Source: an uncultured Spirochaetota bacterium (GTDB taxonomy: Bacteria > Spirochaetota > Spirochaetia > SZUA-6 > CAVTHK01). Taken from it: 64,000 nt of DNA. The number at the start of each line of letters is the position of its first letter. Position 1 is the first letter of the stretch. The stretch lies in NCBI GenBank assembly GCA_963734495.1, contig CAVTHK010000011.1:672001-736000 (forward strand), written 5' to 3'. The translations under genes were made by a program, and so were the position numbers. A model generated the notes under the pieces. That model saw only the letters and a program-made list of their open reading frames with translations, had not been told where the DNA came from and ran no database searches. This document shows positions 63,800 through 64,000 of the stretch, piece by piece.

Positions 63800-64000
63800 T
63801 TACATCACCGTCTCGTCGGGCTTCATGCCCATGGCGTCGTAGAGCTTCCTGCGGCCGATCTTGTCGTGCTTGAGCTCCTGGTGCGCGTACTTCGCCACCT
63901 CGGCCGCCATCGCGCGCGGCACGATCACCACGCCGTCGCCGTCCGCCACGACCACGTCGCCCGGCTTGACGGTCACCCCGCCCACGCACACGGGGATGTC
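63800..64000 (-). CDS. RraA/HMG-aldolase family protein (5' partial)
   Basis: VGGVTVKPGDVVVADGDGVVIVP. Confidence 0.8.
   Translation of the reverse strand, partial: DIPVCVGGVTVKPGDVVVADGDGVVIVPRAMAAEVAKYAHQELKHDKIGRRKLYDAMGMKPDETVM

Overview
A GC-rich bacterial window, probably from a free-living spirochaete. This is inferred from the long-form GlyA, the style of the sugar-binding protein's N-terminus and a repeat resembling the LA_2272 type. About a dozen genes carry single-base frameshifts, which suggests long-read assembly error. Contents: sugar catabolism and ABC uptake genes; a complete but divergent F1Fo ATPase operon (atpBEFHAGDC); glyA, a Cys1-less purF, truD and ridA; a sulfur-handling cluster (ArsR-rhodanese, DsrE, SQR-like); three toxin-antitoxin modules; an octaheme cytochrome c lipoprotein; a 3.3-kb element bounded by inverted repeats with a dead tyrosine recombinase; ExbBD and a Btu/Fec-type ABC importer. 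The best candidate for an undescribed system is at 4276-8457. An ECF sigma, a membrane anti-sigma and an exported caspase-like protease with surface-type repeats form a translationally coupled operon. It sits opposite a secreted beta-rich protein gene, and each direction carries the same back-to-back motif, GTGACAG-N15-GTGTT. No rRNA, tRNA or CRISPR array was seen.
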